From Parcubacteria group bacterium GW2011_GWA2_42_14 (lineage in GTDB: Bacteria; Patescibacteriota; Minisyncoccia; Sungbacterales; GWA2-42-14), in contig LCCV01000004.1 in the NCBI GenBank assembly GCA_000998135.1, positions 85,681 through 149,680 on the forward strand: a DNA stretch of 64,000 nucleotides, given 5' to 3'. Position 1 is the first letter of the stretch. Every line of letters starts with the position of its first letter. Position numbers and translations under genes: made by a program. Of the stretch, positions 1-9,023 are shown in pieces. The notes under the pieces are model-generated. The model worked only from the letters and a program-made list of their open reading frames with translations. It ran no database searches and was not told the DNA's origin.

Positions 1-281
1 AGGGTTGACGCGTTTTGCTCGATGAAGTTTTTAACTTTTTCTTCGGTTTTGTCGGATGAACCGTCGTTGACAACGATAATTTCAAAAAAATCTTTCGGCA
101 GGTTCTGGCTGACAAGCGCTGTAAGCGCGCGAGTTATGAGATGGTCGCGGTTGTATGTTGCCACTACTACGCTGATTTTTGGCGCGTTATTTTGGCGGCG
201 CGATTCACGGCGAAAAACCTCTTTGATTAAAGAGCGGTCAACTTCGGCAAAATAGTTATAGGAATCGGTAGAAGTTTTCAT
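1..281 (-). CDS. glycosyltransferase family 2, N-terminal part (gene runs past window start)
   Basis: Reverse-strand translation from ATG at ~279-281 gives MKTSTDSYNYFAEV...KISVVVATYNRDHLITRAL...FEIIVVNDGSSDKTEE. This is the GT2 N-terminal signature (VVxTYNR, VVNDGSxD). No stop before position 1. Overlaps the 3' end of the next gene by ~26 nt. Confidence 0.6.
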   Translation of the reverse strand, partial: MKTSTDSYNYFAEVDRSLIKEVFRRESRRQNNAPKISVVVATYNRDHLITRALTALVSQNLPKDFFEIIVVNDGSSDKTEEKVKNFIEQNAST

Positions 282-1110
282 AATCTTCTTTGAGCGTTTT
301 TTGAAACGGGGCGAAGTTCATGCCCAGACCCTTTATTTTTTTATTAGAGCAAAAAAAGTTTTCGTTGGCGAAGGGAAATTCGTCTTCGTTGAATTTTTCG
401 CCGTCGGTGCCCGGGTTATATTTTATTTTTGGTTCTTTACCCGCGATTTTGGCCATTTCCTCAACAAGCCCTTTTAAGGTTATTATATCGTCACCGGCGA
501 TATTAAAAGCTCCTTCGGTTTTATTTTCCGCAATCCCCGCAATGGCTTCGGCAACTTCTTCGGCAAAAACGAATTGTGTCAATGCTTGTCCGTTTCCCGG
601 AAGAATTATCGGCAAACCGTTTTTTATCTTTGCGTAGATAAAACTTTCCCGCGCAAGATAATTTTTGGGGCCGAGGATATAGACCGGGCGCGCCGTTGCG
701 AATTTGACATCGCTATTTATAAGTGCTTCTTCGCATTCAACTTTCCCTTTGTTGTATTTTCCCCAAAGCGGCCATTCTCCCAGAGGAGATTCTTCCGTAA
801 GCGGAAAAATTTCCGTTTTTTTGTAAGCGGCGGCTGTTCCCATGTGTATGAAAAAATCAAATGAGAGTTCGCTCAAAGCCCTTTCGGTCTGATATCCCTT
901 GTAGGCGCACATGTCTATGATTGTTTGGAAATGCCCGAGATTCGGGAAACCGCTGTTTCTGTCTCCTTGAATGAAACGTATTTCTTTAGGATACTTTTTT
1001 TGCGTTCGTCCGCGGTTGAATACTGCTATGTTATGTCCGCGGTTCAGTAAATTTCGTATGATATGCGGCCCTATAAAATTTGAGCCGCCGATGATAAGTA
1101 TGTTTTGCAT
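256..1110 (-). CDS. NAD-dependent epimerase/dehydratase (extended SDR family)
   Basis: N-terminal Rossmann motif ILIIGGSNFIG. 284 aa. Overall epimerase-like layout. Lies next to a GT2 gene. Confidence 0.7.
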   Translation of the reverse strand: MQNILIIGGSNFIGPHIIRNLLNRGHNIAVFNRGRTQKKYPKEIRFIQGDRNSGFPNLGHFQTIIDMCAYKGYQTERALSELSFDFFIHMGTAAAYKKTEIFPLTEESPLGEWPLWGKYNKGKVECEEALINSDVKFATARPVYILGPKNYLARESFIYAKIKNGLPIILPGNGQALTQFVFAEEVAEAIAGIAENKTEGAFNIAGDDIITLKGLVEEMAKIAGKEPKIKYNPGTDGEKFNEDEFPFANENFFCSNKKIKGLGMNFAPFQKTLKEDYENFYRFL

Positions 1111-1204
1111 GCGATTGTTTTAAATTAAAGATTGCGTTAGTACGCTTTGCGTGTTCGCAAAAAATTATTCGCCCATACCACGGGGTATGGGCGATTTTCT
1201 CCGG

Positions 1205-1651
1205 CTATTTCTTTTTCCGGAGAATCATTTGGTTCGGCAGATTTGTCGTGCGAAGTTCTCCGTTAAGAACATATTCGCCGTTCATGCGCATAAGCCACAA
1301 AGTGGCTCTTGATCCGCTCCCGGTCTTGAAGTTTACTGATATTCTTCCTTCGGAGTGTCCCACATAAACCGTTGTTCGTCCTTGAAAACGTGTTCCGGGA
1401 ATGCCGTAATAAGCCGTTAGGATTGAAGATGTTCTTTGCGGCGGGATAATAAGCATCCGTTCCGCTTCCGGATGTGTTGACCCTGGAATGTTGACCGTAC
1501 CTTCCCATTCTCCGACAAGATAGGTAAGCGGGTCTCCCTCAAATTTGTCGATATAATTATAATAATGCTGGACAGAACCGCAAGCGCTGATAATGGCTGT
1601 AATTGCCGTAAAACACACGAATACGAGAACAAATCGGAGTGATTTATCCAT
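1205..1651 (-). CDS. putative secreted lipoprotein (hypothetical)
   Basis: N-terminal hydrophobic signal ending in a lipobox-like AIISAC. No recognisable domain. Confidence 0.45.
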   Translation of the reverse strand: MDKSLRFVLVFVCFTAITAIISACGSVQHYYNYIDKFEGDPLTYLVGEWEGTVNIPGSTHPEAERMLIIPPQRTSSILTAYYGIPGTRFQGRTTVYVGHSEGRISVNFKTGSGSRATLWLMRMNGEYVLNGELRTTNLPNQMILRKKK

Positions 1652-1739
1652 TTGTTTATCTCCTTTTTTCGGACTTTTTACCTCTTAATTTATTGTATCA
1701 TTTTTAAAGCAGTATGTCAAATTTTATTTCTTCTCTTTT

Positions 1740-1789
1740 GGAAACGGGGTTTCCAAGTTACCGAGTTACCACTTGGAAACCCCGTTTCC
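1740..1789. promoter_or_regulatory. perfect 19-bp inverted repeat with 12-nt spacer (candidate operator) in divergent promoter region
   Basis: GGAAACGGGGTTTCCAAGT-taccgagttacc-ACTTGGAAACCCCGTTTCC read directly from the sequence. Lies between the divergent genes 1205-1651(-) and the YcaO gene(+). Overlaps the TTG-initiated N-terminal extension of the YcaO ORF. Confidence 0.6.
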
Positions 1790-1808
1790 ATATGATAACA
1801 TATTTATT

Positions 1809-3296
1809 ATGAAAAACAAGGATATTGAATTTTTGCGCACCGAAAGATTGCAGAATTATTGGGAAAATTACGCGCGCTCTTTTGAACCGCCTTTTTCCCG
1901 GTGGGGTTTTTTAATCGAGTTTTTGGTGAGAATTTTTCGGAACACGGCCATTGCTTTGGAGGGATTATGCGGCCGGAATATTTATGTCAAAAAAGCCGAT
2001 TCTGATTTTGACCGCATCCCCCCGCGGTTTCATTCTTTGGTTAATCTTCTTGGTCAGGAGGGCATATTGAAACAGGTTTTGTTCCCCAAGCCAATATCTG
2101 ACTGGCCGCGCATTCCGGCTTTGAACTTAAAATTCGGCAATGGCGCAAGCGCTTCCGGATACGCGTTGGATTGGGATATGGCCGCAACCAAAGCCGTGGC
2201 TGAACTTTTGGAATGGAGCGCGTTTGGCGGGCATGAGAAAAAAAATTTTATTTTCGGAACATGGAACGATTTAAAATCAAAAGGGGCGGTTGACCCGAAG
2301 CGTTTTATTGCTTTTTCCGAAAAACAGCTCGTCGAACCGGAATATGCCGGGCATCGTATAAATGATGGTTCTAAATTTAGCTGGACTAGATGTTTTTCTC
2401 TTTTTGACGGAAAAGAATATTGGGCGCCGGCGCAATTGGTTTTTTTTGGCAGTGAGATTTTTTCGGGAGAGCCGAAGATTCGTCAAACAACCACCAACGG
2501 CGGAGCGGCCGGAACTTCAATAACCATAGCGTTGGTTCACGGATTATTAGAGGCGATTGAGCGCGATGCTTTGATGATACATTGGCTGAACAAGATTACT
2601 CCGCCTCGTGTTGACCTGGAAAGTTTGGCAGAGTTTAACAATGAAAATATAAATAAAATTCTCGGCGAATATAAAAAATATGATATTGATTTTACGCTTT
2701 TGGACATAACTACTGATTTGGAAGTGCCTGTTTTTCTGACTGTTATCCGCGACCAGATACCAGGCAGGCCGGCTGTTTTTCTCGGGGCCGGAGCAGACCT
2801 TGACGCTGAATCGGCGATTATCCATTCTTTGTTGGAAGGTCTTCGCGCCGGATATTGGAGGGATGTTTCGGAAGAGCAAATTGCGGAAGTCAATAAAAAA
2901 GCGCCGTTAATTGAAAATCTTGAAGAAAGAAGGGCTTATTGGTGCGATAAGTCGCGAATGCCAGAAGCTGATTTTCTTTTAAACGGCCCGATGAAAAAAA
3001 TAAAGAGAAACGAATTTTGCGGCGCGGACAATCAAAAAAAACTGGAGCGGCTTAAGCAGATTCTAAGGGCGCGGGGAATGGAGGCCTACGGCGTTGATTG
3101 CACCACTAAAGCGGCCGAAGGCGCCGGCCTTAAAATTATAATGACATTGGTTCCGGAGCTTTATTATCTTTACCTTAACGAGCGTTTTAAGTATCTGGGA
3201 AGCAAACGATTATATGAAGCGCCGGTAAAAATGGGTGTTTTTAAACAGCCCAAAAAAGAAGAGGAGATGAATTCAATTCCTCATCCCATGCTTTAA
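1809..3296 (+). CDS. YcaO-domain protein (ATP-dependent cyclodehydratase family)
   Basis: Contains both YcaO signature blocks: FGNGASASGYALDWDMAATKAVAELLEWSA and TTNGGAAGTSITIALVHGLLEAIERDA. The start is probably the ATG at 1809 (MKNKDIEF...). The ORF-track start at 1773 is a TTG inside the palindrome. Confidence 0.8.
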   Translation: MKNKDIEFLRTERLQNYWENYARSFEPPFSRWGFLIEFLVRIFRNTAIALEGLCGRNIYVKKADSDFDRIPPRFHSLVNLLGQEGILKQVLFPKPISDWPRIPALNLKFGNGASASGYALDWDMAATKAVAELLEWSAFGGHEKKNFIFGTWNDLKSKGAVDPKRFIAFSEKQLVEPEYAGHRINDGSKFSWTRCFSLFDGKEYWAPAQLVFFGSEIFSGEPKIRQTTTNGGAAGTSITIALVHGLLEAIERDALMIHWLNKITPPRVDLESLAEFNNENINKILGEYKKYDIDFTLLDITTDLEVPVFLTVIRDQIPGRPAVFLGAGADLDAESAIIHSLLEGLRAGYWRDVSEEQIAEVNKKAPLIENLEERRAYWCDKSRMPEADFLLNGPMKKIKRNEFCGADNQKKLERLKQILRARGMEAYGVDCTTKAAEGAGLKIIMTLVPELYYLYLNERFKYLGSKRLYEAPVKMGVFKQPKKEEEMNSIPHPML

Positions 3297-3309
3297 TTGA
3301 TTTATTATT

Positions 3310-4815
3310 ATGATCCGCCATCTTAACTTAAGCGAAAAAACCGAAGAACGACTACAACAGGAAATCAAGTGGCTGCTTGATGAAAAATATGACGGGCATC
3401 GTACTTCGGAAGCAGAACAGGATATCGAACGGCTCAAGAAGGGTGAGCCGGTGGATTACGTTATCGGGCGTATGGATTTTTGCGGCTGCACTATTGATTT
3501 GTCTTTGCGTCCGTTGATTCCCCGGACCTCCACCGAATATTGGGCAGAGAAGACCATTGAATCAATAAAAAAAAGGGGATTAACAAGTCCCCGTTGCCTT
3601 GATATGTTTGCCGGCTCCGGCTGTGTCGGCATAGCGATTTTGAAACATATCCCCGGAGCGACGGTTGATTTTGTGGACATCGATCCGGACGCATTGAAGC
3701 AGATCGAGATCAATCTGAAGCTGAACGATATATCGCCGAATCGTGCGCGGATCATTCATTCCGATGTTTTTCAAAATGTGACCGGCATGTACGATATTAT
3801 TGCGTCTAATCCGCCATATTTTCCTCTTGGAGTTACGGGATTAATCGCAAAATTCAGTTTGGCATACGAATCGCATCATTTTTATTTTGCCGGCGAAGAC
3901 GGTCTTTCCTGCATCCGGCCGTTTTTACAGTCGGCTAGAAAGCACGTGAAGGAGGATGGAGAAATATGGCTTGATTATGCTTCGGGGCAGAAGTCCGACG
4001 TTGAGCGATTGCTTAGAGAATATGGCTATGCAAATTTTATTTTTTCTGATGAGGGGATGAAACAGAGGCAGGTCGTCATAATGTCTGACGCCGCATTTCA
4101 AGCAGCTGATCCATTTTTTGATTTTTTTGATGCTGATCGGCCGGTCGTTGATCCGCTTTTGCCGGAATGGAAAGAGGTGTCTTATAAGGATTATCCCAGG
4201 TCTACTTGTATAACCCTGCCTAAACCGGAATTGCCGCAAGATGTTTTACTGGAAACTGTTTTGGAGAAAAGGAAGAGTGAACGCGATTTTTCTGACAATC
4301 CTTTGCCGGAAAAAACAATAAGCTCGCTGCTTTATTGGAGCGTTGGTCTAATTAACAAAAATAAGAACATGGTCGAGTTTCAGTTAAGGCGGCCGTATCC
4401 TTCGGGCGGGGCAAGATATCAAGTGGAGATTTACGCGGTTCTTTTCAACGGAAGCGGATTGGAAAACGGTGTTTATCATTATAATACCAAAGAGCACGCG
4501 TTGGAATTGATTCAGCGGGCATCTTTTGAAAATATTCGTCAGGCCTTGCATTATGATTTTGCCAAAAAAGCGGCGGCATTGATACTTTTGTCTTTTGTTG
4601 GGGGCAGAACTTTGAAAAAATACGGGAACCTCGGCTATAAGCTTGGCCTGCTTGAGGGCGGGCACATAGGTCAAAATATTTATCTCGTAGGAACGGCTTT
4701 GGGTTTGGGGGTGTTGGCTTTGGGCGGAATGGATTATGAAGTTGTTCAAAAAGAGCTTGATTTGGGAGAGGATGAAACCGTGTTTTATCAACTGGCCATC
4801 GGATGGCCCAAATAG
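3310..4815 (+). CDS. fusion protein: PrmC/HemK-type protein-(glutamine-N5) methyltransferase domain + SagB-type (nitroreductase-fold) dehydrogenase domain
   Basis: Residues 1-255 carry the PrmC/HemK signatures GEPVDYVIGRMDFCG, LIPRTSTEY, DMFAGSGCVGIAIL, DIDPDAL and NPPY. Residues ~300-501 carry the SagB-type hallmark RRPYPSGGARYQVEIY plus a nitroreductase C-terminus (LLEGGHIGQNIYLVGTALGLG...GGMD). Single uninterrupted ORF, 13 nt downstream of the YcaO gene. Confidence 0.75.
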   Translation: MIRHLNLSEKTEERLQQEIKWLLDEKYDGHRTSEAEQDIERLKKGEPVDYVIGRMDFCGCTIDLSLRPLIPRTSTEYWAEKTIESIKKRGLTSPRCLDMFAGSGCVGIAILKHIPGATVDFVDIDPDALKQIEINLKLNDISPNRARIIHSDVFQNVTGMYDIIASNPPYFPLGVTGLIAKFSLAYESHHFYFAGEDGLSCIRPFLQSARKHVKEDGEIWLDYASGQKSDVERLLREYGYANFIFSDEGMKQRQVVIMSDAAFQAADPFFDFFDADRPVVDPLLPEWKEVSYKDYPRSTCITLPKPELPQDVLLETVLEKRKSERDFSDNPLPEKTISSLLYWSVGLINKNKNMVEFQLRRPYPSGGARYQVEIYAVLFNGSGLENGVYHYNTKEHALELIQRASFENIRQALHYDFAKKAAALILLSFVGGRTLKKYGNLGYKLGLLEGGHIGQNIYLVGTALGLGVLALGGMDYEVVQKELDLGEDETVFYQLAIGWPK

Positions 4816-4872
4816 CATTTGAAATGTTGTGGATAAGCAAAACTTGCCCTTTGTTAAGCCAGATGGTATTTT

Positions 4873-5003
4873 GAGACTGTAGAAAAACTCTTATAAGGAG
4901 CCAAAAAGTTATTTCCTGAGCCTGTCGAAGGATAACTTTTTGGCTTCTATATTCAAGGTATGGCTTCGATAAGCTCAGCCAATAACTGTTTTTCTACAGT
5001 CTC
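4873..5003. repeat. palindromic element, family D copy 1 (16-bp perfect terminal inverted repeats GAGACTGTAGAAAAAC)
   Basis: Terminal inverted repeat gagactgtagaaaaac / gtttttctacagtctc. An inner inverted repeat gccaaaaagttat / ataactttttggc. Shares ccaaaaagttaYttcctgagcYtgtcgaaggata and cgataaRctcag with the copies at 6955 and 10168. Confidence 0.7.
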
Positions 5004-5014
5004 ATTTTACAGAT

Positions 5015-5392
5015 ATGGTAAACAAAAAAGTCACAATTGAAGATTTGGCGGTAATGGTTCAAAAGGGTTTTAAGGATACGGCCCGAAAAGAAGAGATGGA
5101 TAAAAGATTTGACGAGGTGGATAAAAGATTTTTGGGCATAAACCAAGAATTAGTTGATCTTAAATCGGATGTTTCTTATCTTAAATCGCGGGTTGAAGAA
5201 ATAGGCCGCGTGCTTGAACGTCATGATGAGCTTTTGGAAGAACACTCCGAAGAATTAAAAATTATCCATAAAATATTGGATGATTTAACCGACCCCAAAA
5301 ATAAAAAACATATTGTAACTTATCAGGAGTTTTTGGCGCTGGAATCGCGGGTAATAGATTTAGAGAAAAAAGTTGGAGTACAAAAAATATAA
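5015..5392 (+). CDS. hypothetical coiled-coil protein
   Basis: 125 aa. Charged heptad-like sequence. No recognisable domain. Flanked by repeat families D and F. Confidence 0.45.
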   Translation: MVNKKVTIEDLAVMVQKGFKDTARKEEMDKRFDEVDKRFLGINQELVDLKSDVSYLKSRVEEIGRVLERHDELLEEHSEELKIIHKILDDLTDPKNKKHIVTYQEFLALESRVIDLEKKVGVQKI

Positions 5393-5412
5393 ACGTTGCC
5401 ACGGCAACGTTT
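5391..5412 (+). terminator. hairpin terminator aaacgttgcc-ac-ggcaacgttt
   Basis: 10-bp perfect stem starting at the stop codon of the 5015-5392 gene. Confidence 0.55.
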
Positions 5413-5480
5413 GAATTTCCGTCGCTCGCCCATCGCGAAAGTGAACTTTCGTGCGGGCTCGTTAGGAAATATAAGAAATG
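5412..5480. repeat. structured repeat family F copy 1 (gaatttccgtcgctcgccc...gggctcgttaggaaatataag)
   Basis: Related copy at 22875-22945. The inner hairpin differs between copies by compensatory changes (cgaaagt/actttcg versus gaaaac/gttttc). Confidence 0.5.
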
Positions 5481-5532
5481 CCACGGTATAAAAATAAATT
5501 ATATTAGCATTAGTAGATTCGCATCTATCTTC

Positions 5533-6942
5533 ATGAAAAAACTTCTAAATTCCGTTAAATTTATTTCTAAAGCGTTGTTGCTGATAATTCTTCTATTGGT
5601 CGGCTGGGCTTTTATTAATGTTGCCAACTTTATTAAAGGAAAAAAATCCGTGGAAAATAAATCCGGAGCGGGAGATCTTTTTGGGGCTGATAAGGCAAGC
5701 GCGGATATCCCATATATTTACGATTGTAATTGTCCGCATGTCGCGTATTTTGACGGCAAAGAATTTAAAATTGAGAATGATTTTCTTCCGGCAGAATTTA
5801 AAGCAATTGAACCCGGCTTCGCCGGTTATCTTTATGAACAAACCGTCCTGTCTCCTGATATGCTTAAGTTTTCTTCCATACCCCAAAAATATAACGGAGA
5901 ATTGTTCCTGCGCCTTCAGGAAATTGAGCTTGAGGAATCATTTATCCGGTGGATAAAACTTTTAAGAGTTGTTCATTCCGAAAAAGAAGAAATACTCATA
6001 GACGCCGTTAAAAAAGTTCCTTATCTGGTGTCAATAAATGAGGTTAAGGAAAAAATTCTGCTTCCGTCGGAGGTGATGCTGAATGAAAAAAGCTCTTTAG
6101 CCGGAATTTATCTTGCTAAGCAATTTTTATGGAATGATATTCCGGAAAGTAAAAATGACCTTTTTCAAAAAGGCGATTCCATTGATTTCACTTTTAAAAA
6201 TCTTCAAAAAGATAAAGACGTTTTATTGGTGGTGCGTTCCGTGTACCGCGATTGGATGGCCGGCGAGGAAGTAAAAAATAAGTATTCCTTTTCGGATTTT
6301 ACCCGTTTTCCGGTTTTGGCGAAAGTAGCGGCTTTGGCGGGACTTTATTTTCTTTCCGAACATTTGCCAACGGCAGGCGGTCTTGCGCTTTTGCCGTTTG
6401 TGGCCGGGGCAGGAAGCCAGTGCAAATCAATTGCTTTTTCCTATCGCAATAAAGAAGGCGGATTCAATCCTCTTGTAATCCAAAAACCAAGAAGTTTTAG
6501 GCAAAGTACCGAGGTTATTTCCATACCCAAAGAAGCGGTTGGAGAAGATGACTCTATGGTTATTCGCGCGGATTTTACCAAACGGCATCGTTTGAGTTTT
6601 GTCGGGACTCTGCAGGGATTAGAGATGAATGCCGCCGGAGCAGAAGAACTTTCCGTAAAAAATGCCCGGCATTCACGGCTTGGAGATGTAACATTGAAGA
6701 TTTCCGGTAAAGAAAAAAAAGTAACTCATTTGATTCCCGGGGATACGGTGGATGTAAGTTTTGAAGAACCGAGCCGCCTTCTTTTACAAGGACAGAAAGA
6801 AACGTATCTTTTTCAATCAGCCGGGTTTTATTCAGCACTTAGGCCGGAATACAAAAAAGCGGCCGGCAATTGGACGGAAAAACTTTCCTGCGAAGCTAAA
6901 GAGCATTATAAAAAACTTGTTGAAATTAACTCATATAGTTAA
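5533..6942 (+). CDS. hypothetical membrane-anchored protein
   Basis: 469 aa. One N-terminal transmembrane segment (ALLLIILLLVGWAFINV). No recognisable domain. Confidence 0.45.
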   Translation: MKKLLNSVKFISKALLLIILLLVGWAFINVANFIKGKKSVENKSGAGDLFGADKASADIPYIYDCNCPHVAYFDGKEFKIENDFLPAEFKAIEPGFAGYLYEQTVLSPDMLKFSSIPQKYNGELFLRLQEIELEESFIRWIKLLRVVHSEKEEILIDAVKKVPYLVSINEVKEKILLPSEVMLNEKSSLAGIYLAKQFLWNDIPESKNDLFQKGDSIDFTFKNLQKDKDVLLVVRSVYRDWMAGEEVKNKYSFSDFTRFPVLAKVAALAGLYFLSEHLPTAGGLALLPFVAGAGSQCKSIAFSYRNKEGGFNPLVIQKPRSFRQSTEVISIPKEAVGEDDSMVIRADFTKRHRLSFVGTLQGLEMNAAGAEELSVKNARHSRLGDVTLKISGKEKKVTHLIPGDTVDVSFEEPSRLLLQGQKETYLFQSAGFYSALRPEYKKAAGNWTEKLSCEAKEHYKKLVEINSYS

Positions 6943-6954
6943 GAGGGCGTTAAA

Positions 6955-7068
6955 TAACTGCCAAAAAGTTACTTCCTGAGCTTGTCGAAGGATAATGGTT
7001 CGATTAACTCACCATAAACTTTTGGGCTTTAAATAAGGTAACCCCTCGACTCCGCTCGGGGAATAAAA
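6955..7068. repeat. palindromic element, family D copy 2
   Basis: ccaaaaagttacttcctgagcttgtcgaaggataatggttcgattaactcaccataaacttttgggctttaaataaggtaacccctcgactccgctcggggaataaaataa. It is the near-exact reverse complement of 10168-10285. Confidence 0.7.
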
Positions 7069-7084
7069 TAATTATTCAAAGGTC

Positions 7085-8188
7085 TTGTTAATGATAAGAA
7101 TGAGCGAAAACAAAAATAAAAAAGTTAAAATTGTTTTAGCGGTTATTGCCGGTCTGGCGGTTATGGTTTTAGTTGCGTTTTTTTGGGGGAAGCAATGGTT
7201 TGCTTCCTCATATTTTAATCAAGGGCAGACTGCTTTTTTAAAAGGGGATTATGATGCGGCGGGGCAGTTGTTTGAAAAGTCCTTGAAGTTTAACGCAAAA
7301 AATCCGGAGCCGCATTTTTATTTGGGAAAAATCGCTTTAGGTAAGACTGTTTCCAGCGGCCCCCTTTTGTATCCCAATGCCGATTACGAGTCCGCGGTCG
7401 AGCATTTTGAACAATCGTTTTCTTTTGGTCTTGTTCAAAAAAACAAAGACGCTTATCTTGTATCACTTAATGATGCCGGTTTTTCTTATTACATGCTGAA
7501 ACAGTATGAAAAATCCATACCGCTTTTTCTAAAATACATTGAATTGAATCCAACCGGAGCTTTTACGGCGCGATATTTCGTGGCAACGGATTATCTCAAT
7601 CGTTCCAACAAACCAGAGGAAGCTTTGGATATTTTACTTCCGGCAGTTGATGCCGTTTCCGTCAATTCTCCGATTAACAGGCGGAATCTGTTTCGCGTAT
7701 ATTCGCTTCTTGGCCGGTTATATAGTTATTTCGCGGATGCCGTTAATACGGAAAAGTATGCGCGTCTGTCCATTGAAAGCGGCGTAGCCGGCAATAGAGA
7801 GCCGGAAATTCAAGTTGCTCACGTGCTCCTGTCTATTGTTTACGGCAGTAGGGGTGATTTTTCTTCGGCCATGGCGGAAATTAAAACGGCCAATGAATTG
7901 GCGGGTTCTGGCAGTGCGTACAATTGTTCTTTGGTCACAGCGTATTTTGCCGGTAAGAATTATTTTGACGCGGTTGAGGCGGCTAAAGCCGTTAAGCCGT
8001 CCAATTCTTATGGCTATTCCACCTGTTTGCAGATTTTAGGCGAATCTTATCTGGCAGAGGGCAATAAAATTGAGGCAAAAAAATATATGGAAGATTATCT
8101 GACCATGACCGATAAATTTAAAGATAAGAACATTTTTGTTTTCCGCAATCGCGAAAAGTTTGTTGATGAACTGGAGAATTTAAAATAA
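7085..8188 (+). CDS. TPR-repeat protein, membrane anchored
   Basis: N-terminal transmembrane segment followed by tetratricopeptide-like repeats (GDYDAAGQLFEKSLKFN...). Confidence 0.55.
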   Translation: MLMIRMSENKNKKVKIVLAVIAGLAVMVLVAFFWGKQWFASSYFNQGQTAFLKGDYDAAGQLFEKSLKFNAKNPEPHFYLGKIALGKTVSSGPLLYPNADYESAVEHFEQSFSFGLVQKNKDAYLVSLNDAGFSYYMLKQYEKSIPLFLKYIELNPTGAFTARYFVATDYLNRSNKPEEALDILLPAVDAVSVNSPINRRNLFRVYSLLGRLYSYFADAVNTEKYARLSIESGVAGNREPEIQVAHVLLSIVYGSRGDFSSAMAEIKTANELAGSGSAYNCSLVTAYFAGKNYFDAVEAAKAVKPSNSYGYSTCLQILGESYLAEGNKIEAKKYMEDYLTMTDKFKDKNIFVFRNREKFVDELENLK

Positions 8189-8190
8189 AG

Positions 8191-8985
8191 ATGTTAAAAA
8201 AAGATTTTTTAAAGTTTAGGGTTTTTATAATTTTTCTTGCCGCTTTTGCGGTTTTTGTTTTATTTTTTTATTTTCAGCCGGATATTGGGAATTTTTTATG
8301 GAAAGAGGCGGGATTTCCGCGGCTCGCTGTTTTTGTTTATCCGGATGCGAAGTTTGCCGTGAATATTGGCAATTATTATTTTAACGTCGGCGGTAAAGGG
8401 GATTATGATTTGGCGAGAGCCGAAAAATTTTTCCGCTACGCTTTGTTTTTGAATTCGCGTGTTCCTGATGCCTGGCACGAGCTCGCGCGTATTGATTTTT
8501 TGCGGGGAGATTTTGCCGGAGCTCTTGAAAAAATCAATAAGCAAATTGCGCTTCACGGTGATTTGTTTATGGCTTCGTTTTATATCCGCGGCCTGATTAA
8601 CGGATATGCCGGAAATTTTGACGAAGCCGAGCGTGATTTTAAAAAATTTCTGGAATGGGATAAAACTAACTGGGCTGTTCACAACGACCTTGCCTGGATT
8701 TATTTTCAAAAGGGGGATTATAAAAAAACCGAAGAAATTGCCAGAGCCGGCCTTGAATTTAATCGGGGAAATATCTGGTTGCTTATTTCTTTAGGAGTTG
8801 CCTTATTGAATCAGGAAAAAAAGGAAGAGGCGCGGAAAATTTTAGAAGAGGCCGGTATGGCCGCGACCCTGTTATCTGAAACGGATTGGCAGAAGGCCTA
8901 TCCGGGAAATAATCCTTTGTGGGCCAAAACCGGACTTGAAAAAATGAAAGAAACGATTGAATTTAATTTGGGTCTTGTTCGTTAG
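8191..8985 (+). CDS. TPR-repeat protein, membrane anchored
   Basis: N-terminal transmembrane segment followed by TPR-like repeats. The start is 3 nt after the stop of the upstream TPR gene. Confidence 0.55.
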   Translation: MLKKDFLKFRVFIIFLAAFAVFVLFFYFQPDIGNFLWKEAGFPRLAVFVYPDAKFAVNIGNYYFNVGGKGDYDLARAEKFFRYALFLNSRVPDAWHELARIDFLRGDFAGALEKINKQIALHGDLFMASFYIRGLINGYAGNFDEAERDFKKFLEWDKTNWAVHNDLAWIYFQKGDYKKTEEIARAGLEFNRGNIWLLISLGVALLNQEKKEEARKILEEAGMAATLLSETDWQKAYPGNNPLWAKTGLEKMKETIEFNLGLVR

Positions 8986-9023
8986 CTGTCAGACCGTCCG
9001 AAAACTGCGAAAAAAGCGCCTTC

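Noticed and set aside
4960-5040. 26-aa Ser/Thr/Cys-containing ORF (MASISSANNCFSTVSFYRYGKQKSHN) considered as a possible RiPP precursor for the YcaO/SagB pair
   Set aside because: It lies inside the family D palindromic repeat and overlaps the next gene's start. It has no leader-like region and too few heterocyclisable residues. It is more likely a repeat artefact.
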